The translations under genes and the position numbers were made by a program. 64,000 nucleotides of DNA from Eubacterium sp. (GTDB taxonomy: Bacteria > Bacillota > Clostridia > Christensenellales > CAG-314), in contig CAVJWC010000004.1 of NCBI GenBank assembly GCA_963653425.1, positions 21,244 through 85,243 on the forward strand, in the 5' to 3' direction. The notes beneath the pieces are model-generated. The model was not told the origin of the DNA. It ran no database searches and saw nothing but the letters and a program-made list of their open reading frames with translations. Positions within the stretch are counted from its first letter, which is position 1. Each line of letters begins with the position of its first letter. Positions 45,030 to 54,874 of this stretch are shown here, piece after piece.

Positions 45030-46784
45030 TTATTTGGAAAGTCTTTCTTTAAGAGCTTCGAGCTGAGCGCGCAGTTCTTTGGGAAGTCTTTCGCCGAATT
45101 TTTCGTAGTGCTTTTCGATGTCTTTTGCTTCGGCTTTCCACATTTCCCTGTCGACGGTGAGAATGCCTTTAAGCGTGTTTATATCGACGTTCGTGCCTTC
45201 GATATTGATGTCTTCGGGATAAGGAACGTAACCTATGGGCGTTTCCTGCGCGCCGATCTTGCCTTCGCATCTGTCGATAATCCAGTCAAGCACTCTGATG
45301 TTGTCGCCGAATCCCGGCCAGATAAAGTTGCCGTTATCGTCCGTTCTGAACCAGTTGACGTTGAATATCTTGGGAAGATTTGCGTTATCCTTGCCCATAT
45401 CCAGCCAATGCGCGAAGTAGTCGCTCATATTGTAACCGCAGAAGGGAAGCATAGCCATGGGGTCTCTTCTCAAAACGCCTACCGCGCCCGTTGCCGCAGC
45501 CGTCGTTTCGCTCGCCATAACCGAACCTACGAATACGCCGTGTTTCCAGTCGAAAGACTGATAAACGAGGGGAGCGGTCTTGGCTCTTCTTCCGCCGAAG
45601 ATAATAGCCGAAAGTCTGACACCGTGCGGATCTTCGAACTTATCGGAAATACACGGACAGTTGACGGCGGGAGCGGTGAATCTGCTGTTGGGATGCGCGC
45701 CTTTGCTTCCGTCGGTGTAATCCCACTTTTCGCCCTTCCAGTTGATGGCGTTCTTGGGCGGATTCTTATCCATACCTTCCCACCATACCGTGTTGTTGTC
45801 GGTATTAAGAACAACGTTGGTGAAGATACTGTTCTTCTTCGTGGAAAGCAGAGCGTTGGGGTTGGATTTCATACTCGTGCCGGGAGCTACGCCGAAGAAT
45901 CCGTTTTCGGGGTTGACGGCAAAGAAACTTCCGTCGGCGGAGGGTTTGATCCAGGCAATATCGTCGCCTACGGTTTCTACCTTATAGCCCTTTTTGCGAT
46001 ATTCCTCGGGAGGAATAAGCATAGCGAGGTTGGTCTTTCCGCAAGCCGAGGGGAAGGCTGCCGCTATATAACGGGTAATTCCGTCGGGCTTCGTAAGACC
46101 TAAGATAAGCATATGCTCGGCAAGCCAGCCTTCTTTTCTCGCAAGATAAGAAGCTATTCTTAAAGCGAAGCATTTCTTTCCGAGAAGAACGTTTCCGCCG
46201 TAACCCGAGTTGACCGACCATATGGCGTTGTCTTCGGGGAAGTGACAGATATAGCGTTTTTCTTCGTCGAGGTCGGCTTTGGAATGGAAACCTCTTACGA
46301 AATCGTTGCTGTCGCCGAGTTCTTCGAGAACTTTATCGCCTATACGCGTCATTATGTTCATGGAAAGAACGACGTAAATGCTGTCGGTGATTTCTATGCC
46401 GATTTTGGAGAAAGGACTTCCGATTGCGCCCATAGAGTAGGGAATAACGTACATCGTGCGGTCTTTCATCGAACCCGTGAAGATTTCCGTAAGTTTCTTA
46501 TAAGCCGACTGCGGTTCCATCCAGTTATTGGTGGGACCTGCGTCTTCTTCCTTTCGGCAACAGATAAAGGTTCTTCCTTCCACTCTCGCGACGTCGTTCA
46601 ATGCGCTTCTGTGGAGATAACATCCGGGAAGAAGCTCTTCGTTGAGCTTAATGAGTTCTCCCGATTTAAGAGCGATTTCGGTAAGACGATCGAGCTGAGC
46701 TTTTTCGCCCGTTATCCATTCCACTTTCCGAGGCATAGCGATTCTCTCGCAGGAATCGACGAAAGCCTTAAGATTTGTATTCAT
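45030..46784 (-). CDS. pck: Phosphoenolpyruvate carboxykinase (GTP)
   Basis: 584 aa. Motifs include ...RSALNDVARVEGRTFICC..., AAAFPSACGKTNLAML (kinase-1a P-loop), WEGMD and FGGRR. Confidence 0.9.
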   Translation of the reverse strand: MNTNLKAFVDSCERIAMPRKVEWITGEKAQLDRLTEIALKSGELIKLNEELLPGCYLHRSALNDVARVEGRTFICCRKEEDAGPTNNWMEPQSAYKKLTEIFTGSMKDRTMYVIPYSMGAIGSPFSKIGIEITDSIYVVLSMNIMTRIGDKVLEELGDSNDFVRGFHSKADLDEEKRYICHFPEDNAIWSVNSGYGGNVLLGKKCFALRIASYLARKEGWLAEHMLILGLTKPDGITRYIAAAFPSACGKTNLAMLIPPEEYRKKGYKVETVGDDIAWIKPSADGSFFAVNPENGFFGVAPGTSMKSNPNALLSTKKNSIFTNVVLNTDNNTVWWEGMDKNPPKNAINWKGEKWDYTDGSKGAHPNSRFTAPAVNCPCISDKFEDPHGVRLSAIIFGGRRAKTAPLVYQSFDWKHGVFVGSVMASETTAAATGAVGVLRRDPMAMLPFCGYNMSDYFAHWLDMGKDNANLPKIFNVNWFRTDDNGNFIWPGFGDNIRVLDWIIDRCEGKIGAQETPIGYVPYPEDINIEGTNVDINTLKGILTVDREMWKAEAKDIEKHYEKFGERLPKELRAQLEALKERLSK

Positions 46785-47152
46785 AATTTCCTCCGTTATG
46801 ATAGTTTTTGCGGCTTACAGCCTGTATTTACACGGATTGTTATTTATCCGCTTCTCGTTGTTGGTTTGCCTTACGGCGTAGAAAATTAAATTATATCTGT
46901 ATTATACTATCGATTGATAAATAAAACAAGCGTCTGAGCCAAGAAATAATTTTGCTTTTATTTTATCGCTTTTATCCGATAACGGAAATAAGCGACTTTT
47001 ATCTATTAAAGCGAGAAATTCGGGTTGACTTTCCGTTTGTATAAACCTGCGCTTTTTATGCGCGGAAAAGTATTTGAAAGCCTAAAAACTTGACAAAATC
47101 GGTTAAAAGTGCTTTACTGTAAACATCACATATTGACTGAACGGAGGCACGG

Positions 47153-47629
47153 ATGACGGAGATAAGAAAAGTGTCGGCAGAGGAATTGTATCCTTTAAGA
47201 CTTGCGGTTTTGAGAAACGGAAGTCAAAATCCCGCGGACGCGTATTTTTCGGGCGACGAGGAAGAAAGTTCTCTTCACGTAGCTCTTTACGAAGGCGGAG
47301 TTTTGGCCGCGGGCGGTTCGCTTATTTCTTCGACCAACGATTTTATCGGGGCGGATAATCCCTACCGCGTGAGAGGACTTGCGGTTTATCCCGAATATCG
47401 GGGCAACGGATACGCGAAGGCGATTTTGGCTTATATCGAGTTTTACGGTTTCGAAGAAAAGAAAGCCGACGTTATCTGGCTTTACGCGAGAGAGAAAGCG
47501 GCGGGACTGTACGAAAAGCTGGGATACGTCGTTTCGGGCGAAGCCGTGGAAATTCAGGGTATAGGCAGACATTATCTTATGTATAAAGCCGTCTGCGATT
47601 ACCGCCCGGGCTGTAAAGGCTGTCATTAA
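47153..47629 (+). CDS. GNAT-family N-acetyltransferase
   Basis: RGLAVYPEYRGNGYAKAILAYIE (acetyl-CoA-binding motif A), 158 aa. Confidence 0.8.
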   Translation: MTEIRKVSAEELYPLRLAVLRNGSQNPADAYFSGDEEESSLHVALYEGGVLAAGGSLISSTNDFIGADNPYRVRGLAVYPEYRGNGYAKAILAYIEFYGFEEKKADVIWLYAREKAAGLYEKLGYVVSGEAVEIQGIGRHYLMYKAVCDYRPGCKGCH

Positions 47630-47811
47630 AGTTCTTTATAAAAGCGTTGAAAGCGCCGATACTCGGGAAAACTTAAAAAAATCGGAAAAAACCGCGAAAC
47701 ATTGCTTTCAAACGCTTGACGAAAATCCGCTTGTATGCTAAGATATACAGGCACTCTCGGAGTGTAATTTTTTTGTTGCGTTTTTTTGCGGCAAAAAACG
47801 GAGGTAGCGAT

Positions 47812-47979
47812 ATGGCAAACGCAAAGGGAGCTCGTGTTAAGATTACTCTTGCCTGCACCGAATGCAAGCAGCGTAACTATGATAATATGAAAAACAAGAA
47901 AAACACGACGGACAGAGTCGAGCTTAATAAATATTGTCGTTTTTGCAGGAAACATACTTTACACCGCGAAGCGAAATAA
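47812..47979 (+). CDS. rpmG: 50S ribosomal protein L33
   Basis: [55 protein letters not shown]. The start is ATG 47812, with GGAGGT upstream. Confidence 0.9.
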   Translation: MANAKGARVKITLACTECKQRNYDNMKNKKNTTDRVELNKYCRFCRKHTLHREAK

Positions 47980-48050
47980 CGGGGTCCCGCAGATTTGCCG
48001 CGTGACGTATCGTGCGGTGCTATAATCGGGATTAAAAAGGAAGGTTTATT

Positions 48051-48290
48051 ATGGCAAATACTGAAAAAAAGAATAACGAACGCGGCGAAGGCAAATTTAA
48101 GGCGTGGTTCAAAAGATTGGGCAATAAACTTAAACGCAGTTTCTCCGAACTTAAAAAGGTAAACTGGCCTACTTTTCCGGAAGTTATTAAAAACACCGGC
48201 GTAGTTCTGCTCGTAGTTTTGAGCTTCACCGTCGTCGTATGTCTTTTCGACGCCGGACTGGGCGCTCTTCTTAAACTTATCGTAGGCTGA
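48051..48290 (+). CDS. secE: Preprotein translocase subunit SecE
   Basis: Its position between rpmG and nusG, ELKKVNWPT, and a single C-terminal TM helix. Confidence 0.8.
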   Translation: MANTEKKNNERGEGKFKAWFKRLGNKLKRSFSELKKVNWPTFPEVIKNTGVVLLVVLSFTVVVCLFDAGLGALLKLIVG

Positions 48291-48295
48291 GACAT

Positions 48296-48814
48296 ATGAG
48301 CGAACAAGCCAAGTGGTACGTTCTGCATACTTATGCAGGTTATGAAAATAACGTCAAGAAAAGCCTTCAACAGCTTACGGAGAACAACAATCTTCAGGAT
48401 ACCATTCTGGATATAGTTATTCCTACCGAGCAGGTTATCGAAGAGAAGAACGGCAAGAAGCGCGTCGTGGAAACCAAGATATTCCCGACTTACGTTTACG
48501 TAAAGCTGGTATATTCTTCTCAGATATGGTATCTGCTTACCAATACGAGGGGCGTAACGGGATTCGTAGGTCCTAACGGAAAAGCCTGCCCCATCACCGA
48601 CGAAGAAGTCAAACGTCTTCGTCTGGAAACGAAGGTAGATAACTTCACTCTTAAAGCCGGCGATAAAGTCAAGGTTGTTTCGGGTCCTTTCGAAGGACTT
48701 TTAGGCGAGATAAGAAGTCTCGACGAAGCGTCGCAGAAAGCAAAAGTGGCGCTTATGCTTTTCGGCAGAGAACAGGTCGTAGAGCTCGATTTCATTCAGG
48801 TCGAAGCTTTATAG
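48296..48814 (+). CDS. nusG: Transcription termination/antitermination factor NusG
   Basis: KWYVLHTYAGYENNVKKSL NGN domain and the KOW motif GDKVKVVSGPFEGLLGEI. Confidence 0.9.
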   Translation: MSEQAKWYVLHTYAGYENNVKKSLQQLTENNNLQDTILDIVIPTEQVIEEKNGKKRVVETKIFPTYVYVKLVYSSQIWYLLTNTRGVTGFVGPNGKACPITDEEVKRLRLETKVDNFTLKAGDKVKVVSGPFEGLLGEIRSLDEASQKAKVALMLFGREQVVELDFIQVEAL

Positions 48815-48922
48815 TTTCGGCGCGCGACGGAAGTCGCAAAAATTATGATACTTACGCGGAAAGCGTTCGTATAAAGGCGGAAGGGCGTAGCCCGTTATAC
48901 CGCTTATTGGAGGTTAATATTT

Positions 48923-49348
48923 ATGGCAAAGAAAGTCACCGCAGTAGTTAAACTGCAGTTGCCTGCCGGAAAAGCTACTCCTGCTCCCCCGGTCGGCAGT
49001 GCGTTGGGTCCTCACGGAATCAACATTCCCAGCTTCACCAAAGAATTCAACGCTAAAACAAACGATCAGGCGGGTCTTATCATCCCGGTTATCGTTACTA
49101 TTTATCAGGATCGTTCCTTTACGTTCATTCTCAAAACGCCCCCGGCACCCGTTCTTATCAAGAAAGCTTGCAAGATCGAAACCGCGTCGGCTCGTCCCAA
49201 TAAGGACAAGGTAGCTACCATAACCAAAGCTCAGGTTGAAGAAATCGCCAAGATCAAGATGGTTGACCTCAACGCAGCGTCTATGGAAGCGGCTTGCTCC
49301 ATGATCGCAGGTACCGCAAGAAGCATGGGTATCGTAGTAGAAGGTTAG
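48923..49348 (+). CDS. rplK: 50S ribosomal protein L11
   Basis: [35 protein letters not shown]... Confidence 0.95.
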   Translation: MAKKVTAVVKLQLPAGKATPAPPVGSALGPHGINIPSFTKEFNAKTNDQAGLIIPVIVTIYQDRSFTFILKTPPAPVLIKKACKIETASARPNKDKVATITKAQVEEIAKIKMVDLNAASMEAACSMIAGTARSMGIVVEG

Positions 49349-49358
49349 GAGGCAGGCA

Positions 49359-50048
49359 ATGAAACACGGAAAGAAATATCAGGATTCTCTTAAGCTCATC
49401 GAAAAGAGCAAGAGTTATGAAATAGAAGACGCGCTTAAGCTTGCTGTCGAAACGGCAAAAGCTAAGTTCGACGAAACCATGGAAGTTCACGTAAAACTGG
49501 GCGTTGACCCCAGACACGCAGACCAGCAGGTAAGAGGCGTTGTGGTTCTTCCCAACGGAACGGGTAAAACCGTCAAAGTTCTCTGTATCGCAAAGGGCGC
49601 GAAAGCCGACGAAGCTCTGGCAGCAGGCGCGGATTTCGTAGGTGGCGACGAAATAGTCGCTAAGATCAAGGACGAAAACTGGTTCGGATTCGACGTATGT
49701 ATCACCACTCCCGATATGATGGGCGTCGTAGGCAGAATCGGTAAGATCCTCGGTCCTAAAGGTTTGATGCCCAACCCCAAGAGCGGTACCGTTACGATGG
49801 ACGTAACCAAGGCTATCAAGGACGTTAAAGCAGGTAAGGTTGAATACAGAGTAGACAAAACCGCTATCTGTCACGTTATCTTCGGTAAGAAGAGCTTCGG
49901 CGAAGAAAAACTTCTCGAAAACTTCAGAACCCTTATGGACGCTATCGTCAAAGCTAAGCCCGCAGCTGCAAAAGGCACCTACATCAAGAGCGTTACCGTA
50001 ACCTCTACGATGGGCCCCGGTATTAAAGTAAATTACCGTATAGGCTAA
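49359..50048 (+). CDS. rplA: 50S ribosomal protein L1
   Basis: ...[34 protein letters not shown]... Confidence 0.95.
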   Translation: MKHGKKYQDSLKLIEKSKSYEIEDALKLAVETAKAKFDETMEVHVKLGVDPRHADQQVRGVVVLPNGTGKTVKVLCIAKGAKADEALAAGADFVGGDEIVAKIKDENWFGFDVCITTPDMMGVVGRIGKILGPKGLMPNPKSGTVTMDVTKAIKDVKAGKVEYRVDKTAICHVIFGKKSFGEEKLLENFRTLMDAIVKAKPAAAKGTYIKSVTVTSTMGPGIKVNYRIG

Positions 50049-50208
50049 AAAACAGAATAATACGCCCTGTCCCTAAGACAGCAAGTGCAAAAGTAAATCT
50101 TGCCGAGGTACAAAGAAGTGATTTTTTCACGCCCTTGTACGATAGGTACGAGGGCGTTTTATTGTATAGCCGTGTTTTTACGGCGCAAATATGTAAAGGA
50201 GGAAGAAA
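50049..50208 (+). promoter_or_regulatory. rplJ leader region with an attenuator hairpin (probable L10-leader-type autoregulatory element)
   Basis: A 160-nt untranslated gap. It contains a strong hairpin cgcccttgtac...gtacgagggcg followed by a T-run at 50130-50162. The location is the expected one for the Firmicute L10 leader. Confidence 0.45.
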
Positions 50209-50706
50209 ATGAACGAAATCAGAAAACAAAAAGAGCAGATGGTTGCCGAGATCAAAGAAAAGATCGAAAAATGTTCTTCTTTCGTAGTTATCGACTATAA
50301 GGGATTGACCGTTGACGCAGACACCGCTCTCAGAAAAGAATTCAGAAGCAACGGAATCGAGTACAAAGTTCTTAAGAACACGCTCGTGAGAATTGCTCTC
50401 AACGAACTCGGATATACCGATTTTGACGAGCATCTCAACAATCCTACGGCTATCGCTTTCGGTTACGACGACGCTATTTTGCCTATCAAGATAACCGCCG
50501 ACAACATCGAAAAGCTCAAGAAGATGGAAATTAAGTGCGGTATGGTGGATAAGTCTTATTGCGACGCAGCTACCATGAACGCTCTGTCCAAAGTTCCGGG
50601 CAAGACCGCTCTGCTTTCCATGCTCTGCAACGTATTGCAGGCTCCTATCCGCAATCTGGCTGTCGTATGTGACCAGGCTGCAAAGAAGATGGGTGAAGCT
50701 CAGTAA
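50209..50706 (+). CDS. rplJ: 50S ribosomal protein L10
   Basis: Its position and the sequence ...VVIDYKGLTVDADTALRKEFRSNGIEYKVLKNTL... Confidence 0.95.
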   Translation: MNEIRKQKEQMVAEIKEKIEKCSSFVVIDYKGLTVDADTALRKEFRSNGIEYKVLKNTLVRIALNELGYTDFDEHLNNPTAIAFGYDDAILPIKITADNIEKLKKMEIKCGMVDKSYCDAATMNALSKVPGKTALLSMLCNVLQAPIRNLAVVCDQAAKKMGEAQ

Positions 50707-50758
50707 CGGGCAAAATCACATACTCTGAAATATTGAATTTTACAAGGAGATTATAAAA

Positions 50759-51133
50759 ATGGCAGACATCCAGAAGTTTGTAGAAGAAGTTAAATCTTTA
50801 ACCGTATTGGAACTCAATGAATTAGTAAAGGCATTGGAAAATGAATTCGGCGTTTCCGCAGCAGCAGCTATGGTAGTAGCAGGCGGTGCAGGCGCAGCAG
50901 CAGCTCCCGCAGTAGAAGAAAAGACCGAATTCGACGTTATCCTTAAAGAAGTCGGCGCAAACAAGATCAACGTTATCAAGGCTATCAGAGAAATCACCTC
51001 TTTGGGACTCGTTGAAGCTAAGGCTCTCGTTGATAAAGTTCCCAGCACCATCAAAGAAGCTCAGCCCAAAGAACTTGCAGATCAGATCGCTGAAAAACTT
51101 AAGGCAGCAGGCGCAACCGTTGAACTTAAATAA
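50759..51133 (+). CDS. rplL: 50S ribosomal protein L7/L12
   Basis: ...[24 protein letters not shown]...[24 protein letters not shown]... Confidence 0.95.
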   Translation: MADIQKFVEEVKSLTVLELNELVKALENEFGVSAAAAMVVAGGAGAAAAPAVEEKTEFDVILKEVGANKINVIKAIREITSLGLVEAKALVDKVPSTIKEAQPKELADQIAEKLKAAGATVELK

Positions 51134-51165
51134 TCGGCTTTAACCGAACTTAAAATAACGGATAC

Positions 51166-51209
51166 ACTCGGGATAACGTAACTATGGTTGCGTTTCCCGA
51201 GTTTTTTTA
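51166..51209 (+). terminator. Intrinsic terminator after rplL
   Basis: ctcggga...tcccgag stem followed by TTTTTTT. Confidence 0.75.
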
Positions 51210-51210
51210 T

Positions 51211-51275
51211 GCATTCAATTCGTTTTCACCGATATTTTTACTTGAATAAATCGGTTTAGAGTGCGTTAAACGACC
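51211..51275 (+). repeat. Left-end fragment of the MITE-like element
   Basis: gcattcaattcgttttcaccgatatttttacttgaataaatcggtttagagtgcgttaaac parallels the left ends at 778, 16362 and 53428. It starts 2 nt after the terminator T-tract. Confidence 0.4.
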
Positions 51276-51462
51276 TTTTCCGTACCGTTAATCTTTCCTG
51301 CAAAGAAAATCGGATGGATTTGCGTTTCTTACTTGCATTTTGTAAATAAATAGTGTATAATAATTACACGCGACAAAAATTTTTATGAATTCACTTTTGT
51401 TTTCGGACGAAAGGGCAAAAGTCTTCGTCTTTATAGATGAGAACAAAACGAGGTGAATTGCT

Positions 51463-52125
51463 TTGAGTATAGTCAGTAACGTTCCGTTTTACGATTTAAG
51501 AACGATTAAAAATCCCTGCGAAGCTCAGTCTATCGTCAGGATTAACGAAGTTCCCGTGGTGATTATGCCCAAGTCTCCGAGAGAACCGAAAGTTCTCTGG
51601 GCGATAAGGGGTATAGACGTCACCGACTCGGCTTGCGTTATAGATCTTGAAGACAACGCCGTTATAAGGACGTGCAACGGGCTGTGCGAACTTGACGGAG
51701 AGAGTTTCAACAGGTGCGGATATACCCTCTATATCGTCAACGGAATATGCTTTATGCACGATATTCCCGAAAACGTAAGGGGCGGAGTCGTCGTCAACGG
51801 TATGCTTATAGTGGCTAAAAATCTCAAAGGAAAAATCAATCTCGATATTCCGCTCGTGAACGGCAGAGTCGAGTACGTGGACGCGGACAAAATGATGTCC
51901 TACGACAATAAAGTAACGATAAGCAGGGAGTTTCTCGGTTACGTGAAGCAAGGAACGCTTATCGTTTCGGGTAATAAAATAGAGGTCGAGCCTGACGTGG
52001 ACGCGCAGACGCTTGACCGTTCGGGAATAACTTTACTTGCGGCAGGCAAGATATGTTGCGACGAAAAGCTTTTCCCCTATATGCAGGCTCACGCTTTTTA
52101 CGGAAACAAGATAAGCGAACTTTAG
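51463..52125 (+). CDS. Hypothetical protein (220 aa, TTG start)
   Basis: An ORF with a GAGGTG RBS (51450-51455). I recognise no family. Confidence 0.45.
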   Translation: MSIVSNVPFYDLRTIKNPCEAQSIVRINEVPVVIMPKSPREPKVLWAIRGIDVTDSACVIDLEDNAVIRTCNGLCELDGESFNRCGYTLYIVNGICFMHDIPENVRGGVVVNGMLIVAKNLKGKINLDIPLVNGRVEYVDADKMMSYDNKVTISREFLGYVKQGTLIVSGNKIEVEPDVDAQTLDRSGITLLAAGKICCDEKLFPYMQAHAFYGNKISEL

Positions 52126-52161
52126 CACGAGCGGTCGATCCGCCAAACCAACGAAAAGGAA

Positions 52162-52662
52162 ATGGAAGAACTGTTTGAATCGCTGTACGAAGAGTACGCG
52201 AGAAAAATTTACGGATATTATTATATGTGCTTTTCCAATCGCGAAACGGCGGAAGATCTTACGCAAACCGTTTTTATGAAGGTATACAGGCACCTTAAAC
52301 GAAACCGATTTTTTATGCCCGACTCGTGGAAAGCCTGGATTTTCAGGATTGCGGTCAACGTAAAAAACGACCATTTAAGAGAAATGCAGAGACTTGTTGA
52401 GTGCGAAGACATAGAAAGCCTTCAACTTGCCGATACCTTACATAATCCCGAAAACGCCGTGGATTCCATAAGCGTGAACAGCGCGCTCGAAAAACTCAGC
52501 AGAAGCGACAGGGATATTATCCGCATGAAGAACGAAGGCTACACCAGCGAAGAAATCGGCAGGTATATGGGCGTGTGCGATTCTACCGCGAGAAGCAGGG
52601 CTCAGACCGCTAAAAACAACTTTATAGGCGCCCTGAAAGCCGAAGATGCCGAACTCAGCTGA
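52162..52662 (+). CDS. Sigma-70-family (ECF-type) RNA polymerase sigma factor
   Basis: Region 2 reads AEDLTQTVFMKVYRHL...WIFRIAVNVKND. Region 4 HTH reads LSRSDRDIIRMKNEGYTSEEIGRYMGVCDSTARSR. 166 aa. Confidence 0.8.
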   Translation: MEELFESLYEEYARKIYGYYYMCFSNRETAEDLTQTVFMKVYRHLKRNRFFMPDSWKAWIFRIAVNVKNDHLREMQRLVECEDIESLQLADTLHNPENAVDSISVNSALEKLSRSDRDIIRMKNEGYTSEEIGRYMGVCDSTARSRAQTAKNNFIGALKAEDAELS

Positions 52663-52674
52663 AAAGGAGAAGAT

Positions 52675-53322
52675 ATGCCCGATATAAAGATTAAAATAAA
52701 CGATAACCAATCTTTTGACGGCGAAGGATCCGACAAAAAAAAGAACGGCTTTGACGGATACAGCGATTTTTTCTCTGCCAAAAAAGGCGGTAACGACGGC
52801 ACTTTTGACGTTGACATAGAAGCGGACTTGACCAGGATAGGCGATAAGGTGAGGGCGTCGTTGAACGTTGCCCGCCAAAAAGCCCGCGAAGCGGAGGACT
52901 TCAGGAAGAAGGCTTCCGATGAAAACGCCGACATGAACGAGATTTACGATATGGTACGCGAATCCGTCAGTCTTGCCCGTAAACAAGTCAGAGAAGCGGA
53001 AGATTTAGCGCAAAGAACCGTCGATAAAGTCAGAGTCCATATAACCAAAACCTTCGACGACGTCGATTACGACGATTTCCGCGAAGAAAATTACGCGGAT
53101 TATACGCCCGATTTCGATTTCGACGAATTTTATAAACAAAAACGCGCGGGAAGTAAGACGAACTTCGATTACGGAAAGTTCAGCGGTGAAAAATGGGACG
53201 ATTTTTGTCCCGACGACGCAACTTTCAACCGGATCAAGTTCGACTGCACAGAACAAAATTACGGCGCTATGTCCGAAAAACAGCGCGTGAACGCTATTTT
53301 CCGAAAGGCTTTCGGGAAGTAA
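52675..53322 (+). CDS. Hypothetical acidic soluble protein downstream of the sigma factor
   Basis: An ORF with an AAGGAG RBS, no TM helix, and a D/E/F-rich composition. I recognise no family. Confidence 0.5.
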   Translation: MPDIKIKINDNQSFDGEGSDKKKNGFDGYSDFFSAKKGGNDGTFDVDIEADLTRIGDKVRASLNVARQKAREAEDFRKKASDENADMNEIYDMVRESVSLARKQVREAEDLAQRTVDKVRVHITKTFDDVDYDDFREENYADYTPDFDFDEFYKQKRAGSKTNFDYGKFSGEKWDDFCPDDATFNRIKFDCTEQNYGAMSEKQRVNAIFRKAFGK

Positions 53323-53373
53323 CGATAACCAATCAAGACGTTTTCCGATTATCGTTTCAAAAAGTATTAAGAG

Positions 53374-53421
53374 AAACCGCAAGAGAGAAGGGAGTAATAC
53401 CGTTTCTGTTTTGCGGTTTTT
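53374..53421 (+). terminator. Putative terminator
   Basis: aaaccgcaa...ttgcggttt stem with a long loop, followed by a T-run. Confidence 0.45.
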
Positions 53422-53427
53422 CTTATC

Positions 53428-54098
53428 GCTTCATTCGTTATCACTAATTATTTTTACGGGAATAAATCGGTTTAGCCTTCGTTAAACTCCTTCGCACGTA
53501 CACGCAGTACGCTCTCGGTCGTTTGCCTCGGCTAAACTAAACCCTTGAGGGCGATTTCTTCTTCGTAAAAACGCTTCGCGCCGTAAAAGGAAGCTTTTTT
53601 CTCTCAAAGAGCAAAAATTCCGTTTACGTTAATTATTGATAACGAATGTCGCTCGTCGCTCCGTTCGTACACTATTTGTGGGAATAAATCGGTTTAGCCT
53701 TCGTTAAACTCCTTCGCACGTACACGCAGTACGCTCTCGGTCGTTTGCCTCGGCTAAACTAAACCCTTGAGGGCGATTTCTTCTTCGTAAAAACGCTTCG
53801 CGCCGTAAAAGGAAGCTTTTTTCTCTCAAAGAGCAAAAATTCCGTTTACGTTAATTATTGATAACGAATGTCGCTCGTCGCTCCGTTCGTACACTATTTG
53901 TGGGAATAAATCGGTTTAGCCTTCGTTAAACTCCTTCGCACGTACACGCAGTACGCTCTCGGTCGTTTGCCTCGGCTAAACTAAACCCTTGAGGGCGATT
54001 TCTTCTTCGTAAAAACGCTTCGCGCCGTAAAAGGAAGCTTTTTTCTCTCAAAGAGCAAAAATTCCGTTTACGTTAATTATTGATAACGAATGTCGCTC
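53428..54098 (+). repeat. Three head-to-tail copies of the ~222-bp MITE-like element (period exactly 222 bp; internal copies identical by eye)
   Basis: The motif aataaatcggtttagcc recurs at 53461, 53683 and 53905. Unit ends are CATTCGTTATCACTAAT and ATTATTGATAACGAATG (16/17 inverted match). Confidence 0.9.
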
Positions 54099-54122
54099 TA
54101 TTTAAATAAACGATACAAAACG

Positions 54123-54151
54123 TTGACAGTGCGTATAAGATATGGTATCAT
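54123..54151 (+). promoter_or_regulatory. Promoter of the NfeD/flotillin operon
   Basis: TTGACA, 17-bp spacer, TATCAT. Confidence 0.55.
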
Positions 54152-54187
54152 CTATCTGACGATATAAGTGTGCGGGAGGTGAAGAAT

Positions 54188-54874
54188 TTGAACGTAGGAA
54201 TTATTTTGTCTGAACTTACGCTTACGGCGCAGATTATCGACTGGAACGCTCAGAGCGACCTGCAGAAAGTTCTGTTTATCGTGGCGTGCGTTTCTATGGG
54301 CATTTTCGTTTTGCGCACCATACTTATGCTTATAGGTTGCATAGGAATAGACGCGGGCGACGGTTGGGTGGATATTGACGGCGACGGAATTCCCGATGTG
54401 CCTGCGGGCGACTCGCTATTTGATATGGCGGGGCTTAATCTCTTTTCGGTAAACGCAGTGACGGCAGGTCTTGCGATAGGAACGTGGGCAGGTTACTTTT
54501 CAGCGCCTTACGTGCCTTTATGGGCGGATATTATAATATCCGTCGCGGCTATTCTGGCGATTATGTTCCTGTACGCTGTTATAATGCGGGCAATTTACAG
54601 GCTTCAGAGTAACGGTACGCTTCAGATTTCCAACGCGATAGGAAAGGAAGGCACGGTTTATCTTACCGTACCTGCCGAAAGAACGGGCGAAGGCAAAGTC
54701 AACGCCGTCGTTCAGAACAGATATTGCGAATTCGAAGCCGTTACCGACAGCAGAACGAAAATCGTCACGGGATCACGGATCAGAATCGTCGGAGTTACGG
54801 GTAGCGACGTAGTTGTCGTAGAGCCTGCAGGCGACGATAAAAATAAAGAAAATCAAGGAGGAACACAAAATTGA
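54188..54874 (+). CDS. NfeD-like membrane protein (C-terminal OB-fold domain)
   Basis: Several TM helices, then GKEGTVYLTVPAERTGEGKVNAVVQNRYCEFEAVTD...IRIVGVTGSDVVVVEP. The start is probably TTG 54188 (GGGAGG at 54174-54179) rather than the GTG 54170 in the ORF track. Confidence 0.6.
   Translation: MNVGIILSELTLTAQIIDWNAQSDLQKVLFIVACVSMGIFVLRTILMLIGCIGIDAGDGWVDIDGDGIPDVPAGDSLFDMAGLNLFSVNAVTAGLAIGTWAGYFSAPYVPLWADIIISVAAILAIMFLYAVIMRAIYRLQSNGTLQISNAIGKEGTVYLTVPAERTGEGKVNAVVQNRYCEFEAVTDSRTKIVTGSRIRIVGVTGSDVVVVEPAGDDKNKENQGGTQN

Noticed and set aside
45027-46889. Plus-strand ORFs 45027..46103 and 46242..46889
   Set aside because: They are antisense shadows of the GTP-dependent PEPCK gene, which has clear kinase-1a and other family motifs on the minus strand.
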